DNA from: Octopus sinensis | Lineage: Eukaryota | Direction of reading: 5' to 3' | DNA: 64,000 nucleotides | Assembly (NCBI RefSeq): GCF_006345805.1 | Contig: NC_043012.1 | Location: forward strand, 12,028,001-12,092,000 | Shown: piece after piece, positions 1-13,343 of the stretch | Layout of the letters: every line of letters begins with the position of its first letter | How positions within the stretch are numbered: the stretch's first letter is position 1 | Notes under the pieces: model-generated | The model's input: the letters and a program-made list of their open reading frames with translations, nothing else | What the model was told of the DNA's origin: nothing | Databases searched by the model: none | Made by a program: the position numbers and the translations under genes

Positions 1-114
1 ATCGATGTCCTAGATATAGCAGTTCGAGAATCCTCAAAATCATTCTTTATCATATAAAAAACTGAAAATGACATTAGTACTTTTGGTGCTGGTCATACTA
101 TATCTTTTATTTGC

Positions 115-416
115 TTTCTTTTATCTGTTACTAGTTTCAGAAATTGAACTGCGGCCATGCTGAGGCACCAGCTTGAAGGGTTTACTCGAACAAATCAACC
201 CTAGTACTTACTTTTTTAGATACACACACAAGACACAAACACATACCCTCACACACACACGCACATACACACACACAGAAGATGGGGCTTCTTTCGGTTG
301 CCGCTTCCCAAATTGACTCAGAAGGCTTTTGCCGGCTCGGACCTTTAGCAGAAGACATTCGCTCGAGGACCCTTTAACTCGTTTACTTGTTTCAGTCATT
401 TGACTGTGACCATGCA
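115..416 (-). mobile_element. Degenerate fragments of tRNA-derived SINE family A
   Basis: Matches the reverse complement of the full copy at 60143-60544 (GTTTCAGTCATTTGACTG, CGGCCATGCTG, GGGCTTCTTTC motifs). Confidence 0.7.
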
Positions 417-587
417 CTGGTGTTTACGTAATCGACTAGCTTCTAGCAACAAAATTTCAGACTTAGCAGCTATACCAAAAAAAAAATAAAAAAAAAAAAC
501 GGAAAAGAAAAAATATACTGGAAAGGTTGTAGAGTTTCTACCTTGTACAAGTTTCATGCCTTATACTGGCGTTGGGGATCAATACCA

Positions 588-958
588 TTATTACCTCCGC
601 CTTAGCAAAGGCGGAGGTATTGTTTTCAGTCGTGTTTGTTTGTTCGTCCCTGGACAAAATATCTCAAGAACTGCTGGATGGATGCGGATGAAACTTTCAG
701 GGATATTTGGCCTCGTGACTGCTACGAACTGGTTAGATTTTGAGATCGATCCCGTACTGGACAAGAAATCTGGATTATTTTTCCGTTTTTTTTTTACTTA
801 ATTTTTGGGAGCGGTCGGTTTCATTTTTAGTATTCTCTTTTGTGAGAGCATTTGAGTCTATTTCAAATATTCTCGTTTAAAAAAATCATCTCTGGTTAAT
901 CGTTGAGAAGACATTGGTGTTGCCTCGGCGGGGTTTGCGCTCTCTGAGTGCTCTTGTT
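588..958 (+). mobile_element. Non-autonomous Helentron (HINE/DINE-1-like element)
   Basis: 5' TTATTACCTCCGCC with the inverted GGCGGAGGTA forming a hairpin, a GTTTGTTTGT microsatellite, a subterminal inverted copy CTCGGCGGGGT, a 3' stem-loop GCGCTC-TCT-GAGTGC and a T-rich end. This is the HINE layout. Confidence 0.8.
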
Positions 959-1194
959 ATCACTTAAACTAACACTATAACACTACTTCATCCACCTGTC
1001 ACTCCCTTCCTTCCTCCAGTCTCACGTTTCTTCCATTATTATATCTTTCACCCACGCCATATTAATCTCACCCCAACCCAACTCCTCCATCACATTCTAC
1101 TTTTTCTCTCTTTCTGTCAACAGTTCGCGTTATATTTTGTATTCAGTTTCTATTTTGTCAACTCATCTCGTATTGTGAACCGTTTGAGTGGATC

Positions 1195-1505
1195 GATATG
1201 GTAACGACGACGACGACGATGATGACAGCGATGACGACAATGACTACGAGAATGACAGTGGTGTTGACTGCAACGATGATGACGATTATGGCGATGATGA
1301 GGAGATGATATTGACAACGTCGACGACAAAGTTGACGGTGGCGGTGACGGCTGTAATGATGTCAATGAAGACGTCGGCGATTACGATGATGATGACGACG
1401 ACGTTGACAGCAACCATGACGGAGACGACGACGACGATGACAACCACGCCGTAAACAATGGCAGCTATAACAACGCGACATCCATAACAGCATCAATTGT
1501 ATCAA

Positions 1506-1541
<36 letters not shown>

Positions 1542-1716
1542 TAACAGCAGCAACAACTGCTGCAATACAAGTAGTTTTTGACAAACAGAACAGCAACATG
1601 TCATCATCACCATCATCATCATCGTTGTTGTGGTGGTGGTGGTGGTGATCCTCATCATCATCATCATCATCACCATCACCATCATCGTTGTGGTTGTGGT
1701 GGTGGTGGTGATCATC

Positions 1717-1748
<32 letters not shown>

Positions 1749-1885
1749 CGTCGTCCTCGTCGTCGTCGTGCTGGTCGTCGTGGTCGTCCTCGTCGTAATC
1801 ATCATTATCATCATCATCATCATTATCATCATCATTATCGTCATCATGATCAACAACGACAATAACTCTGACAACAACAGGAGCG

Positions 1886-1916
<31 letters not shown>

Positions 1917-2241
1917 ACAATAACAACTACATATAACCAGTGTTGATAATAATACATGTCATCTAATCCTCATTTCATTGATGGATTCATTACGGCAAAC
2001 CACAATGGTGGTTATAATGGCATAACTAGGGAGAGGGAAGGGCTACTTTGTTGTTATTGTTGTTCTTGTTGCTGCGGTTGCTGCTGGTTGTGGTGGTGGT
2101 GGTGGTGGTGGTGGTGGTGGTATATGTGGTAGTGTCCGCAAATAAAAACTGACAAATATCTTTCCCGCTCTTTACTTCCAAATGGAAACAGTTTCACTTA
2201 GATAATTAATTGATGGCCGACCTTTCAGCAGCAGCAGCAGC

Positions 2242-2308
<67 letters not shown>

Positions 2309-2480
2309 GCGTCGACAACGACGATGACACCAACGACGAAAGCCGCAATGACAACAACAAAACAACAACAACAACCAAATCAACTGAATAATCATCATTA
2401 TGATCATCATTATCATTCCACTTTCTCCTCACTCCTCCTCATCCTACTCCTCCGATTCTTCTTCCTCCTCCGTCTCCTCC
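1195..2480. repeat. Compound trinucleotide microsatellite block (GAT/GAC, CAG, CAA, CAT, GGT, CTC)
   Basis: Directly visible; it produces the homopolymeric ORFs on both strands. Confidence 0.95.
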
Positions 2481-2945
2481 TCATATATCTTTCAATAACT
2501 ACGGTGCCATGGAGGAAAACAACAACGTAAAATAGCCAAATCAACAGCCTCTATACAGAACACAACAGAAGCACTTTGTAAAAACAATATTTTAGAATCG
2601 AATATATTGTTTCTGATATGTTAGATTCTTTTAGGGCAAGGACAACACCATTTCGAGAATCAGGCTGCAGGGGACATGAGTGTCGTCATCAGCTGGACCG
2701 CACTGCTAAGAAAATTTTCATGATAATTCTCCAAGGTAATTAAGTCCAATGGTAGATTTAATAATTAGATTAATGATTTTTCCATGCCTGTCCAGCCTGA
2801 TCGTCCGCCAAACTGTCAGAGCATACGAAAAATGAAGCAGACACACACACACACAAACACACGAACACATTCACAAGACAGATAAAAATAAAAACCTATC
2901 ATAACGTACCTCGTATCATAACAATGTATGTAAAAACGGTATCAA

Positions 2946-3110
2946 CAGGCATGGCCGTGTGGCAAAGGAGCTCACTTTGCAACCATGTGGTTTTGGGTTC
3001 ATTTCTACTCCAAGCAACTTGGACAAGTATCTTCTACCATGGCAGAGGCATCCCGGGGCGGACCGATGCCTTTTGAGTAAATATGCGTGGTAGCCCGTCC
3101 TATATGTATA
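2946..3110 (+). mobile_element. SINE family A, 5' half (degenerate)
   Basis: A-box-like TGGCCGTGTGG, B-box-like GGGTTCATTTC, then CTTGGACAAGTATCTTCTAC as in the 60143 copy. Confidence 0.7.
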
Positions 3111-3131
3111 TGTGTGTGAGTATATATATAT

Positions 3132-3173
<42 letters not shown>

Positions 3174-3867
3174 GCTTGTGTTCGTCCGAATGATACCACT
3201 TCATAACCTCAGACTATTTTATGGTTTTATGGAACGTGTCTTACTTTACGATAGTGGCATGTAGTATGGAAGCATTTTGGCCGCCATATCTATTAAGTTG
3301 AGCGACTATATAGGCGTTACTATGAACTAGTAAGAGAGAAAGAGTGGTTGTGTGTAACCCACAGTCTATCTTCCAGCCGTGAACATCCTGTTTTACTTAT
3401 TTTCTCTTGCTTTCTTTTGTACATTGAGAACTATATTGTAAAATAGGTCGTTTTTGAAGACATTTGTCTTCTTCAACAATCGCATAGGGGTTTCGTCTTT
3501 AACTGTAGAATATTGAAGTCGAGTGGAATAGCTGATAGTGTGGCACTGCTAGTGTGTGTGTCGTAATGTGTGGATTTGCTGACCATAGAGTATCGTGAAT
3601 AGAAGCCAGTATGGCTTGTGATTAAATAGCTCACTGCACAATCACGAGTTCTCGGATTCGACCCCCCAGTACTTGTTGTCTTAGGAAAATGTCTTGTATT
3701 ATAACCTCGAATCGACACAGGTCATATGAAGGACAGAAAGGGCAACTTTGTGTCCAGTTGAATCACGCTGATCCTGTCCAGAGTTAGAAAGAGAATCTAG
3801 CTATAGGACGCCGAGTTGTTTTCGTTGGTATATGCTTTTAGTTATATGCTTTTGGTATATGCTTTTA

Positions 3868-4099
3868 AGGCGGAGAGCCGGCAGAAACGTTAGCACGTCG
3901 GGCGAAATGCTTAGCGATATTTCGTCTGCCGTTACGTTCTGAGTTCAAATTCCGCCGAGGTCGACTTTACCTTTCATCCTTTCGAGGTCGATAAATTAAG
4001 TACCAGTTACGCACTGGGGTCGATGTAATCGACTTAATACCTATGTCTGTCCTTGTTTGTCTCCTCTATGTTTAGCCCCTTGTGGATAATAAAGAAATA
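3868..4099 (+). mobile_element. Full-length SINE family B (tRNA head, Nin/Deu-like domain, LINE-like tail) with 14-bp TSD
   Basis: B box GAGTTCAAATTCC; central GGTCGACTTTACCTTTCATCCTTTCGAGGTCGATAAATTAAGTACC resembles the Deu/Nin domain; flanked by GGTATATGCTTTTA at 3854-3867 and 4100-4113. Confidence 0.92.
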
Positions 4100-5084
4100 G
4101 GTATATGCTTTTAGTTTGTTTTAGATTTAGAACATGTGGGTAGTGTAAAGGTTTTTACGGACCGTTCTGCCTTGGAAGATAAGGAACATCCAGTAAAGTT
4201 GATTGCAGTCAAAGTAAGGAATTAGAATAAAGTTTACAGAAGGAAGCAGTTTAAAGAAATGAAAACGCGATAGTAACCACTTTCTCGTCTTTTTCATACT
4301 CTCTTACACCCACAAAAATGCACCCTCCTCTCACACTCTCTCATTCCCTTTCTCTCTTTGTTTCTATCTAATTGCAGTTACTTTATATCAAGGAGTTTCT
4401 TTCCCTTCCTTTTTCCTACCTGTCTAGTTTCCATATCTAATGAAAACAAAATCACATGGCCATTTCTTTTCATCATTTGAAGAAATGAAACTTCACGTCA
4501 GCAAAAATAACAAATAAATGAAAAGAAATACACTTCAAACGTTCATATTAAGGTCCCGATTATGATAAGCATCAACATCCCTGACATATCTTCATATCTT
4601 GATTGAATAAGAGATTATAAAGTTAACGAGAGCATTTGAGCAGCGTAGAATTATAAGGAATTTCATTTTAATCCTAGACCAAATTTTATAATTCATTTAC
4701 TATTTTTTTTTATTAGTAAATTTACATATTCACTGAGAATTCAGTTTATTTTAAATGGCGCATATACGATGAAGGCATTGAAACACCAAGGAAAACTTCA
4801 TTTTACGTTGGTTTGTTGAAACACTAGAGTATGAAATAAAATAAGTTGCGATTTCTGTCATCGTGTCCACAGAATAGTGGTAGGGAAAATGTTATTGAGG
4901 CTGTGATATGAACACCTCAATCTTGACCCCCTTGCGTTGATATTTCAGGAGACAGATGGGAGAAATGGGATCTAGTACATAACTGATACTTTATTTATCG
5001 ACACCAAGGAAGCAAAACCGAAGTTGTCTTTAGGAAAATATGAGCATTTATTGTATATATATATATATATATATATAACATAAT

Positions 5085-5295
5085 TATTATTTGCGGGAAT
5101 ATTAATCCTAACTTACAGGAAAAAAATTCAATTTAGAAAAACTAAATTAAATTTCACACAATATACACAATATAATATATATATATAAAAATTAGAAAAA
5201 AACACCTTTTATCAATTCAAAATGAACAATTAAATTACACCATCTAGAAAATTACATATAATAGAAATAATAAAATACCGATGATTAAGTAAATA
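5085..5295. repeat. AT-rich repeat termini embedded in (TA)n, probably Penelope-like 3' ends
   Basis: AATCCTAACTTACAGGAAAAA recurs near 56768 as AATCCAAACTTACAGGAAAAA; both lie in (TA)n. Confidence 0.45.
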
Positions 5296-5329
5296 TATAT
5301 ATATATATATATATCTATATATATCTAAT

Positions 5330-5389
<60 letters not shown>

Positions 5390-5404
5390 TATATAACAGA
5401 ATTA

Positions 5405-5507
5405 TTTGAGTATTGTTGAAATACAACAAATTTATTGCACATAAACCTTAAAACAAAATCTTATATGGACCCCGAATGGTCATGTAAACTCTGGTTGAGA
5501 ACTACTG
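5405..5507 (+). mobile_element. hAT (Charlie-like) MITE, right end
   Basis: Ends GGTTGAGAACTACTG, the reverse complement of a Charlie-type TIR CAGTGGTTCTCAACC; related to the 20124 fragment. Confidence 0.55.
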
Positions 5508-6675
5508 GTCTACATCAAAACGAGCTCTCTACACCGTTGTCTTCTTGCGTTAGTGAATTATGTTATTTATCATTCATTATGCCAATTCTATGAATTGCTG
5601 CATAGAAGTAAAGTATTTCTGTTAATATTGGTACGTCACCGACAACAAACAAACAAAACAAAAGTCCTATCCAAAACTTAAGATCTTTTTTTCTGTTTAT
5701 ATTTCACGCTTTACATTTATTACGTTTAGAGAGACAGTCGGATGCATATGCTTCATGTATAGAATTTCTCTCCTCGAGAGTCAAATAATCCTATTTTAGT
5801 TATTTGTTACTGACAACGCATACACGGAAATAAACACTTATTCCATCCGTGAGCCTAAATTAATCTTGTAGTTAATGCTAACATTAAATTATGCAGGGCG
5901 TCAAAAATGTCACAAGAATATGCTTATATGGTGAAGAACCAAAAACATTAGCTCAATAATTAATATGATTATAAACATTTCTGTAAGTACAAGGGACAAC
6001 TAGATTTATCAATATCTATATCTGTATATAAAAAACCTCAATGAAAGAACTGCGTTATAGTTATCCGAGTTTTTGTGTGAGAAACATTCGAAATGATAGC
6101 GCAAAACAAAATGACAATATGCAAGCTGACTAAAGGAATCTGAAAGAGCGATTGTCGGCAATGATGATTGACTGACTGCAAATGGTGTGAAGTTTTAAGA
6201 CAATACAACACTAAACCTAAGTGTAAGCTATAGGACGTGTTTTAAATATTCATAACGAAAGAAAATGGCACTTGAAATAACGACGCCATCATTGTCTACG
6301 AGTTTTAACAATTGCCTTATGTCTTTCTATGCAGTTTGTCATTCCTTCTTTTATTGTATTTTATTTACTTTATTTCTTTCATTTTCACCTTCAATTTGCA
6401 TTTTGTTCATTCAATTTGTTTACACTTTCTTTCGTTCATTCTTTTTATTTATTTACGAATTTTCATTTGATTTATTGAAATTATTTCAATTGTCTTTCGG
6501 CATCTTTGTGTCATTATTTACCAGGTTAGTTTTTCATACGTTCCATCTTTCTTTCTATCCTTCAATTTTTGTTTTGTTCCTTCAGCATGTTTCCTTGCTT
6601 TTTAAAATGATTTCATATTCTTTTGTAGATTTTTTCTTTTTTCCTTTTATGTACGTATATGCACATAAAACATGC

Positions 6676-6738
<63 letters not shown>

Positions 6739-6792
6739 CACACACATACATACATACACACATACATACATACATACAGTATGTATATATAG

Positions 6793-6834
<42 letters not shown>

Positions 6835-7761
6835 GTATTATATATTATATATTCAGCCGATTCCTGCTGTCATTATTTTAAGTTTTAAGTCGAGAGTAGC
6901 GACTGAAGAAATATATTTATTCAACTATTCTCTTGCCCATATATTAAGTTCTTTTTTCTCGTTGGTTAAAAAATAATGTTTATTCAGTCACATACATATT
7001 TGTGTCTCTTTGTATCTGTATGACCTCTTTCACGTATGTCTAGCTGTATGGATATATGCATGTATGTACATTTGTATGTATGTGTTACCGTGTTTTCTTA
7101 TTTCCTTTCGTTCTATAAGTCATTCGTTCTCTCTTTCATATTACTATATTGTATTTTATATCATTCTATATCATATATATATATATAGTATAATACATAA
7201 TCTTATATTATAATTTCTTCTTTTTCACTAATCTTTGTCGTTTTTTGCGTCCTTTGTTTTCATAACAAGCACTCTCTGTTTCTCCCTCTCTCTTCCTTTT
7301 TCCCTCCTCTCCCTCTTTAACTCCCATTTCCCCCTTCCGCTTTCCTTACTCGCCTTTCTTTCACTAAATAGAAGCATCAAGTTTTCTCTGCTCAAATTAG
7401 TTTTCTGAGAAAACAAAAGAGGTTTTTATGGCTCATAAATAAATTATACATAATCTTAGAATATTTCTTCTGTGATTGCGTATGTATGTCAATGGATACT
7501 ATGTATTCGTGTGTATGAGATTTAGTATGTAAATACGTATATGGAAGTGTACATAGTATGTCTGTGTGTGTGTGTGTGTGAGCGTGAGAGGATGTTGTGA
7601 GAGTGTGTGCTGATGTTGCTGTTGTTGCGTGTATGTGTGCGTATCCCATTTTTCGACTTCAGTGATACCTCTCTTTGGCCCCTCAGGCTGATATATATAG
7701 ATTCAGGGAAGTTTATATAGCTGTAGATATATATATATATTATATATATATATATATTATA

Positions 7762-7792
<31 letters not shown>

Positions 7793-7873
7793 ATATATAA
7801 ATGTATGCATTAAGTATGTACCTTGCTATGACTATAATATATAAATGAGTAACAAAGATGGACAGGTGTCGAT

Positions 7874-7956
7874 TCATTACGGTCGTTTCAAGCGACTTCT
7901 TTAATTGATTAATGAAAACATAACATCATTTGAAAGAAACCGTTGTCGTCAGATGA
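7874..7956 (-). ncRNA. Type I hammerhead ribozyme
   Basis: Minus strand reads TCAT-CTGACGA-[long stem II caacggtttcttt...aaagaagtcgctt]-GAAAC-gacc-GT-A-ATGA. Confidence 0.7.
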
Positions 7957-8208
7957 CCGCAATGACTTCAAACTTAAAGGATACAAAGTCTTCTAAATGT
8001 ACACCACTCTTTTTTTCCTGACCCCCCCCCCCACTATTTCCTCTGCTACTCTCCAAATTAAAGTAGACTTAACAAGGTATGCATAATTTTCTAAACTCAT
8101 TCTGCCACAAATATGACAAAAGAAAAAAATGTAAATAGCTTTAGTTCAATTATTGATGTGAATATTCTATGGAAATGGTTATGCTCTTTATGTTTGAAGT
8201 CTATGCGG

Positions 8209-8291
8209 TCATCTGACGAGAACGGTTTCTTTCAAATGATGTAATGGTTTCATTAATCAATGAAAGGAGTGGCTTGAAACAGGCGTAATGA
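8209..8291 (+). ncRNA. Type I hammerhead ribozyme
   Basis: TCAT-CTGACGA (8213-8219), long stem II, GAAAC (8276-8280), aggc, GT-A, ATGA. Confidence 0.65.
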
Positions 8292-8803
8292 AGTAACACC
8301 TGTACCTCTTTGTTGCTCATTTATATTTTATTCACCTAACTTGGATTTTGAACTTCGAAAATACTATATAAAGTACCTTTATGAAAAATACATGCCTGAA
8401 TTACCAGTAGTGGATATCTTCACCCAGATGGGTTGCATTATCTGCACACACAGCAGGAATATCAGGTAGAAAGATCCTGCACGAAGTCTTGATATTCAAT
8501 ATTTAATTAATATTGTTTTTTCGGTGTGCGGATTATACCGAATTAATTAGCAAAGTGCCCCAATTTAAGTACCTAATTCAACAGAATCTTAACAGCATTT
8601 TACTATGAATATATGTATGTTCATGTCTGTGAATGTGTTTTTTGTGCGTGCATGTGATTGAAGGATATTCTGTGTGTTTGCACATACAGAAGTTTGTATG
8701 TGTATTCGTATGTATATGAATATATAATAGGGTTAAATATCCGAATGTATATATCCAATATCCAAATATATGTATGTATATATCCGAATATATCTATCTA
8801 TCT

Positions 8804-8887
<84 letters not shown>

Positions 8888-8902
8888 ATATATATATGGA
8901 AT

Positions 8903-9261
8903 GGAAGCACTCCGTCGGTTACGACGACGAGGTTCCGGTTGATCCGAATCAACGGAACAGCCTGCTCGTGAAAAACGTGTAAGTGGCTGAGCACTCCACA
9001 GAGGCGTGTACCCTTAACGCAGTTCTCGGGGATATTCAGCGTGACACAGAGAGTGACAAGCCGGCCCTTTGAAATACAGGCACAACAGAAAAGGAAGTAA
9101 GAGTGAGAGAAAGTTGTGGTGAAAGAGTACAGCAGGGATCACCACATCCCCTGCCGGAGCATCGTGGAGCTTTAGGTGTTTTCGCTCATAAACACTCACA
9201 ACGCCCGGTCTGGGAATCGAAACCCGATCCTATGACCGCGAGTCCGCTGCCCTAACCACTA
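8903..9261 (-). mobile_element. tRNA-derived SINE (head H1, body M1, tail T1)
   Basis: Minus-strand tRNA-like head TAGTGGTTAGGGCAGCGGACTCGCGGTC...GGTTTCGATTCCC; body shared with the 24472 copy and tail shared with the 25942 copy. Confidence 0.85.
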
Positions 9262-9293
9262 ATAATATATATATATATATTATATATATATGA

Positions 9294-9334
<41 letters not shown>

Positions 9335-9579
9335 GTATATATGTATGTATATCTATATCAGTCATCCGTAGTAACTGACCATCGGGCCATCGGCCACTAA
9401 ACGGGCAACCCCACCAAACTTGCTTGGTAAGGAGGGCGTTTTACTTTGGACAACAGCGTGAAACTGATGATGCAAGCATTTATTAAAAGTAGTCACTCAT
9501 GGATTTGGGTTTGTTGTTTGGGCGTAACAAACGATATATATTATATAATAATATATATATATATATTATTCTTTTTCAG

Positions 9580-9726
9580 TTTATTTTCTCTTGTTGCTTT
9601 TGTTAAAGAAAGTAGGCTCGAAATGTAATAGACTTTCTACTTTCCCGAGCGTCAAACTAATACACTTGCTTGTCTTGTTGATCCAATACACTTGTTTTCG
9701 TCTTTGGTTATCTGTAAATTTCAACG
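9580..9726 (+). mobile_element. Penelope-like 3' terminal fragment in (TA)n
   Basis: Homologous to the minus-strand copy at 30725-30920; carries a degenerate hammerhead-like GTAGGCTCGAAA. Confidence 0.55.
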
Positions 9727-9811
9727 ATATATAAATATATTTATTATATATATATATATATATAATATATAATATATATATATATAAATATATATATACA
9801 TATATATATAT

Positions 9812-10167
9812 AATACAAAATGGGACGAGAACGCCAAAACATCCAAATAGACGATACAAAAAACACAGACGGGTCATTCGAAGCCTCTAATCTTCAGTCA
9901 AGAACCGGATCATCCTCGCAATTTCGGCTGATTAATCTTGAGATTGCTCCAATCTGGCCAGCCACCAGGAAAAACTAAGCTACGAGCAGTCGATTCCTTG
10001 GAACAAGGATCGAATACATACGAAACAAGGACCAAAAAACGGACGATGTTACACGAATATAAAAAAAAAATTATACGAATATAAATACAAAAAAACAATA
10101 ATAATAATAATAACAGGACATAACAACAGGCGTCTTTCGACTCAGACGAATTGAATTCAGCTGGCGT
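9812..10167. mobile_element. Interspersed repeat in (TA)n, Penelope-like terminus family
   Basis: Clear homology to 22570-23080 and 19340-19490 (GGGACRAGAACGC, ATCCTCGCAATTTCGGCTGATTA, TTGCTCCAATCTGGCCAGCC). Confidence 0.65.
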
Positions 10168-10194
10168 ATATATATATATATGCATGTATTATTT

Positions 10195-10419
10195 TTTGCT
10201 TGTTTCAGTCATTAGACTGTGGGCATGCTGGGACTCCCACATTAAAGATGTTTTAGTTCCTATACTTACCTTTAAAATACTGCTACTAATTCTACGGACT
10301 ACTTTTGCCGAAGTGCTAAGTTACGGGAACGTGAACACAACAACACCGGTTTACAAGCTGTTTAGGAAGATAAACACACATACGCGCGCGCACGCACACA
10401 CACATGCATGTGAATATAC

Positions 10420-10451
<32 letters not shown>

Positions 10452-10605
10452 CATACACTGGGCTTCTTTCAGTTTCCGTCTACCGAATTCACTCAGAAGG
10501 ATTTGGTTGACCTATGGCTAAGGTGGAAGATACTAGACTAGATACAACGCAGTGGTACTGAGTCCAGGATCATGTCGTTGAGAAGTCAGCCTCTTATCAC
10601 ACAGT
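10195..10605 (-). mobile_element. SINE family A (degenerate, near full length)
   Basis: CTTGTTTCAGTCATT...GGGCTTCTTTCAGTTTCCGTCTACC, colinear with 62984-63401. Confidence 0.75.
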
Positions 10606-10638
10606 CAATCTGCACCGATGATATACATATATATATAT

Positions 10639-10682
<44 letters not shown>

Positions 10683-11261
10683 CATATATATATATATATA
10701 TATACACACACGTTCACACACACACATACGCGCGCGCACACACACACACACATATATATCTGCAAGCTTTCAAATATGAATTCTAACTCGCGTCGGATAT
10801 TCAAATCATTTGTAGCTAATACCTTGTTCTGGTCTCTTGTCACAAATTAACAGCATTGCTACCTGTGTAATAAAGTGAGATGTTAATGGATTCTTTAGAT
10901 GAGATTACCGTTGCTTATTGGAAAATTAGTAATTAAGTGTCTGTAGCTTTGCATATCTTTAATTCACACTTGATATCAAATGGGAGTTGTTAACAAGAAA
11001 ATTAATTTATTAAACACAATCATTAATTAAAGCTTTGGATATTGAAGCAGTTATTGACAAAGTCGACAACTTTCACTTGCAAGGTCTTCATATATAACAG
11101 AAAAAGGAACAAATTTATAAGAAAAGAAAAAGAAGAAATATCGCTATCCTGTATATTCCAACTGTAATTAAACAAAAGTGTGTGGCATACTGACTGACGA
11201 TATTGACAGAAATGAGGCTTAATTAGATCCAAACGCACCGTCGTCGACAATGTGTCTATTC

Positions 11262-11974
<713 letters not shown>

Positions 11975-11976
<2 letters not shown>

Positions 11977-12668
11977 CCTGAAAAACTCTGAGGACTGGAT
12001 GTTAGAACTTGTTTCAAAACATGAAAACAAGAAAGCATCATGCTCAGGAACAAAACAGGCAAAGGAATATCTAAGTGAATTCCGAATACAACAAATTTCG
12101 GAATTAGACATACAAAAATCAAGCACAGAAAAAGCTAGGCGCATGAAAACCCGTGCTAAAACTGCGGCCTTAGATATTCTGAATGATAAATGGCAAGAAA
12201 AACCTCTCTATGGCAAATATCCAAAGAGAGCGAATAATGCAGATGTTGACAAAGCACAGACCCATCAAATGCTAATGGCCTCTGGCTTAAAGTCTGAAAC
12301 AGAAGGGTTTATCATAGCAGCTCAAGATCAATACCTACCTACAAGGAACTACCAGGCCAACATATTAAAGAACGGCAGTAGCCCAACATGTCGTGTATGT
12401 CAACAACAAAAGGAAACCATTGATCATGTTGTCTCCAAGTGCAGTCTTCTTGCGCCTACAGAGTATCTCAACAGGCATGATAGAGCTGCACAATATATTC
12501 ACTGGGTAATTTGCAGAAGCCTGGACTTGCCCCATGATAAAAACTGGTGGAAACACAAAAACCACTTCCAGTGCTTGAAAATGATCTCATCTCACTCCTC
12601 TGGAACTTCACCATTCAAACTGACTGAAAGATTGATGCAAATAGGCCAGACATTATATTGAAAGACTT
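11975..12668 (+). mobile_element. R4/Dong-clade non-LTR retrotransposon ORF remnant (CCHC finger and start of RLE endonuclease)
   Basis: W-x2-KPLYG, SETEGFIIAAQDQ, CRVC...ETIDHVVSKC, RHD; after a frameshift LLWNFTIQTD*KIDANRPDII. It begins directly in (TAA)n, the known Dong target. Confidence 0.9.
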
Positions 12669-12669
12669 T

Positions 12670-13343
12670 AATTAATGATTGTGTTTAATAAATTAATTGA
12701 TTACACATTCACTAACTTTGTTTTCTTATACCATTCATAGAATCAAACGCCACAAAAATATGCTATTTAAAAAAAAAAGTTTCATAATGTCCACTAAATT
12801 TCCCAAGCCTCATATAGTCTTCAAAATAATTGTGGAATTTCTATGGGAACTTCTAGTTCTGTATGAATTCATTATACGTATTTGGTATTATGGGTATATG
12901 GGTATTTAGAGGGGATTTACAGGGGATTGTGCGGATAAACAAATGTGCAATTTTTTCGATTTAAACAATGGTGACATTTGTTTTTGAACTAAGTGTTTTT
13001 CTTCTGTTATTTAACCGATTTGTAATGCCTTCACGTGATTAGGTGAAGAGAAAGGCGAAGAGCGAGAGAAAACGAGAGCGAAAAAGAGGGTGAAGCGAAG
13101 AGTGACAGAGAAAGAGGGCGAGTGCTGCATATTAATCTATATAATTGTGCATAAAGTATATAAAGTTTATATATTAAGTGCATTAAGTAATCATTCTATT
13201 CTAATTTCCTTCACTTTCCAATGATTAGCAGATGAGCGACTCTCTTTTGATACAGACACAAAACAGGCTTTTTGGATGAAGTTTTCAGAAATAGCCCAAT
13301 AAGTTTACCATTAATTCCGTGATATATTCACGGGTCCCGCTAG
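12670..13343 (+). mobile_element. Non-autonomous Helitron, 3' part
   Basis: Subterminal hairpin CCGTGA-TATAT-TCACGG, then CTAG (13340-13343) followed by T. The 5' end was not identified, so the start is a guess. Confidence 0.6.

Larger units (their letters stand above)
7838..8328. mobile_element. Fold-back element of two inverted ~140-bp Penelope-like pLTR ends
   Basis: 7841-7980 is a diverged reverse complement of 8186-8326; each arm holds a hammerhead core. Confidence 0.8.

Noticed and set aside
1150-2530. Long poly-D, H, T and L ORFs
   Set aside because: They are translations of trinucleotide microsatellites, open on both strands, with no domain or splice support. The same applies to the YI, HT and LSIY repeat ORFs throughout the window.
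2645-2698. Minus-strand CTGATGA...GAAA as a hammerhead
   Set aside because: The stem II closing pair and stems I and III do not form.
9701-9713. miR-9-like TCTTTGGTTATCT
   Set aside because: Only the first 13 nt match, there is no precursor hairpin, and it lies inside a repeat fragment.
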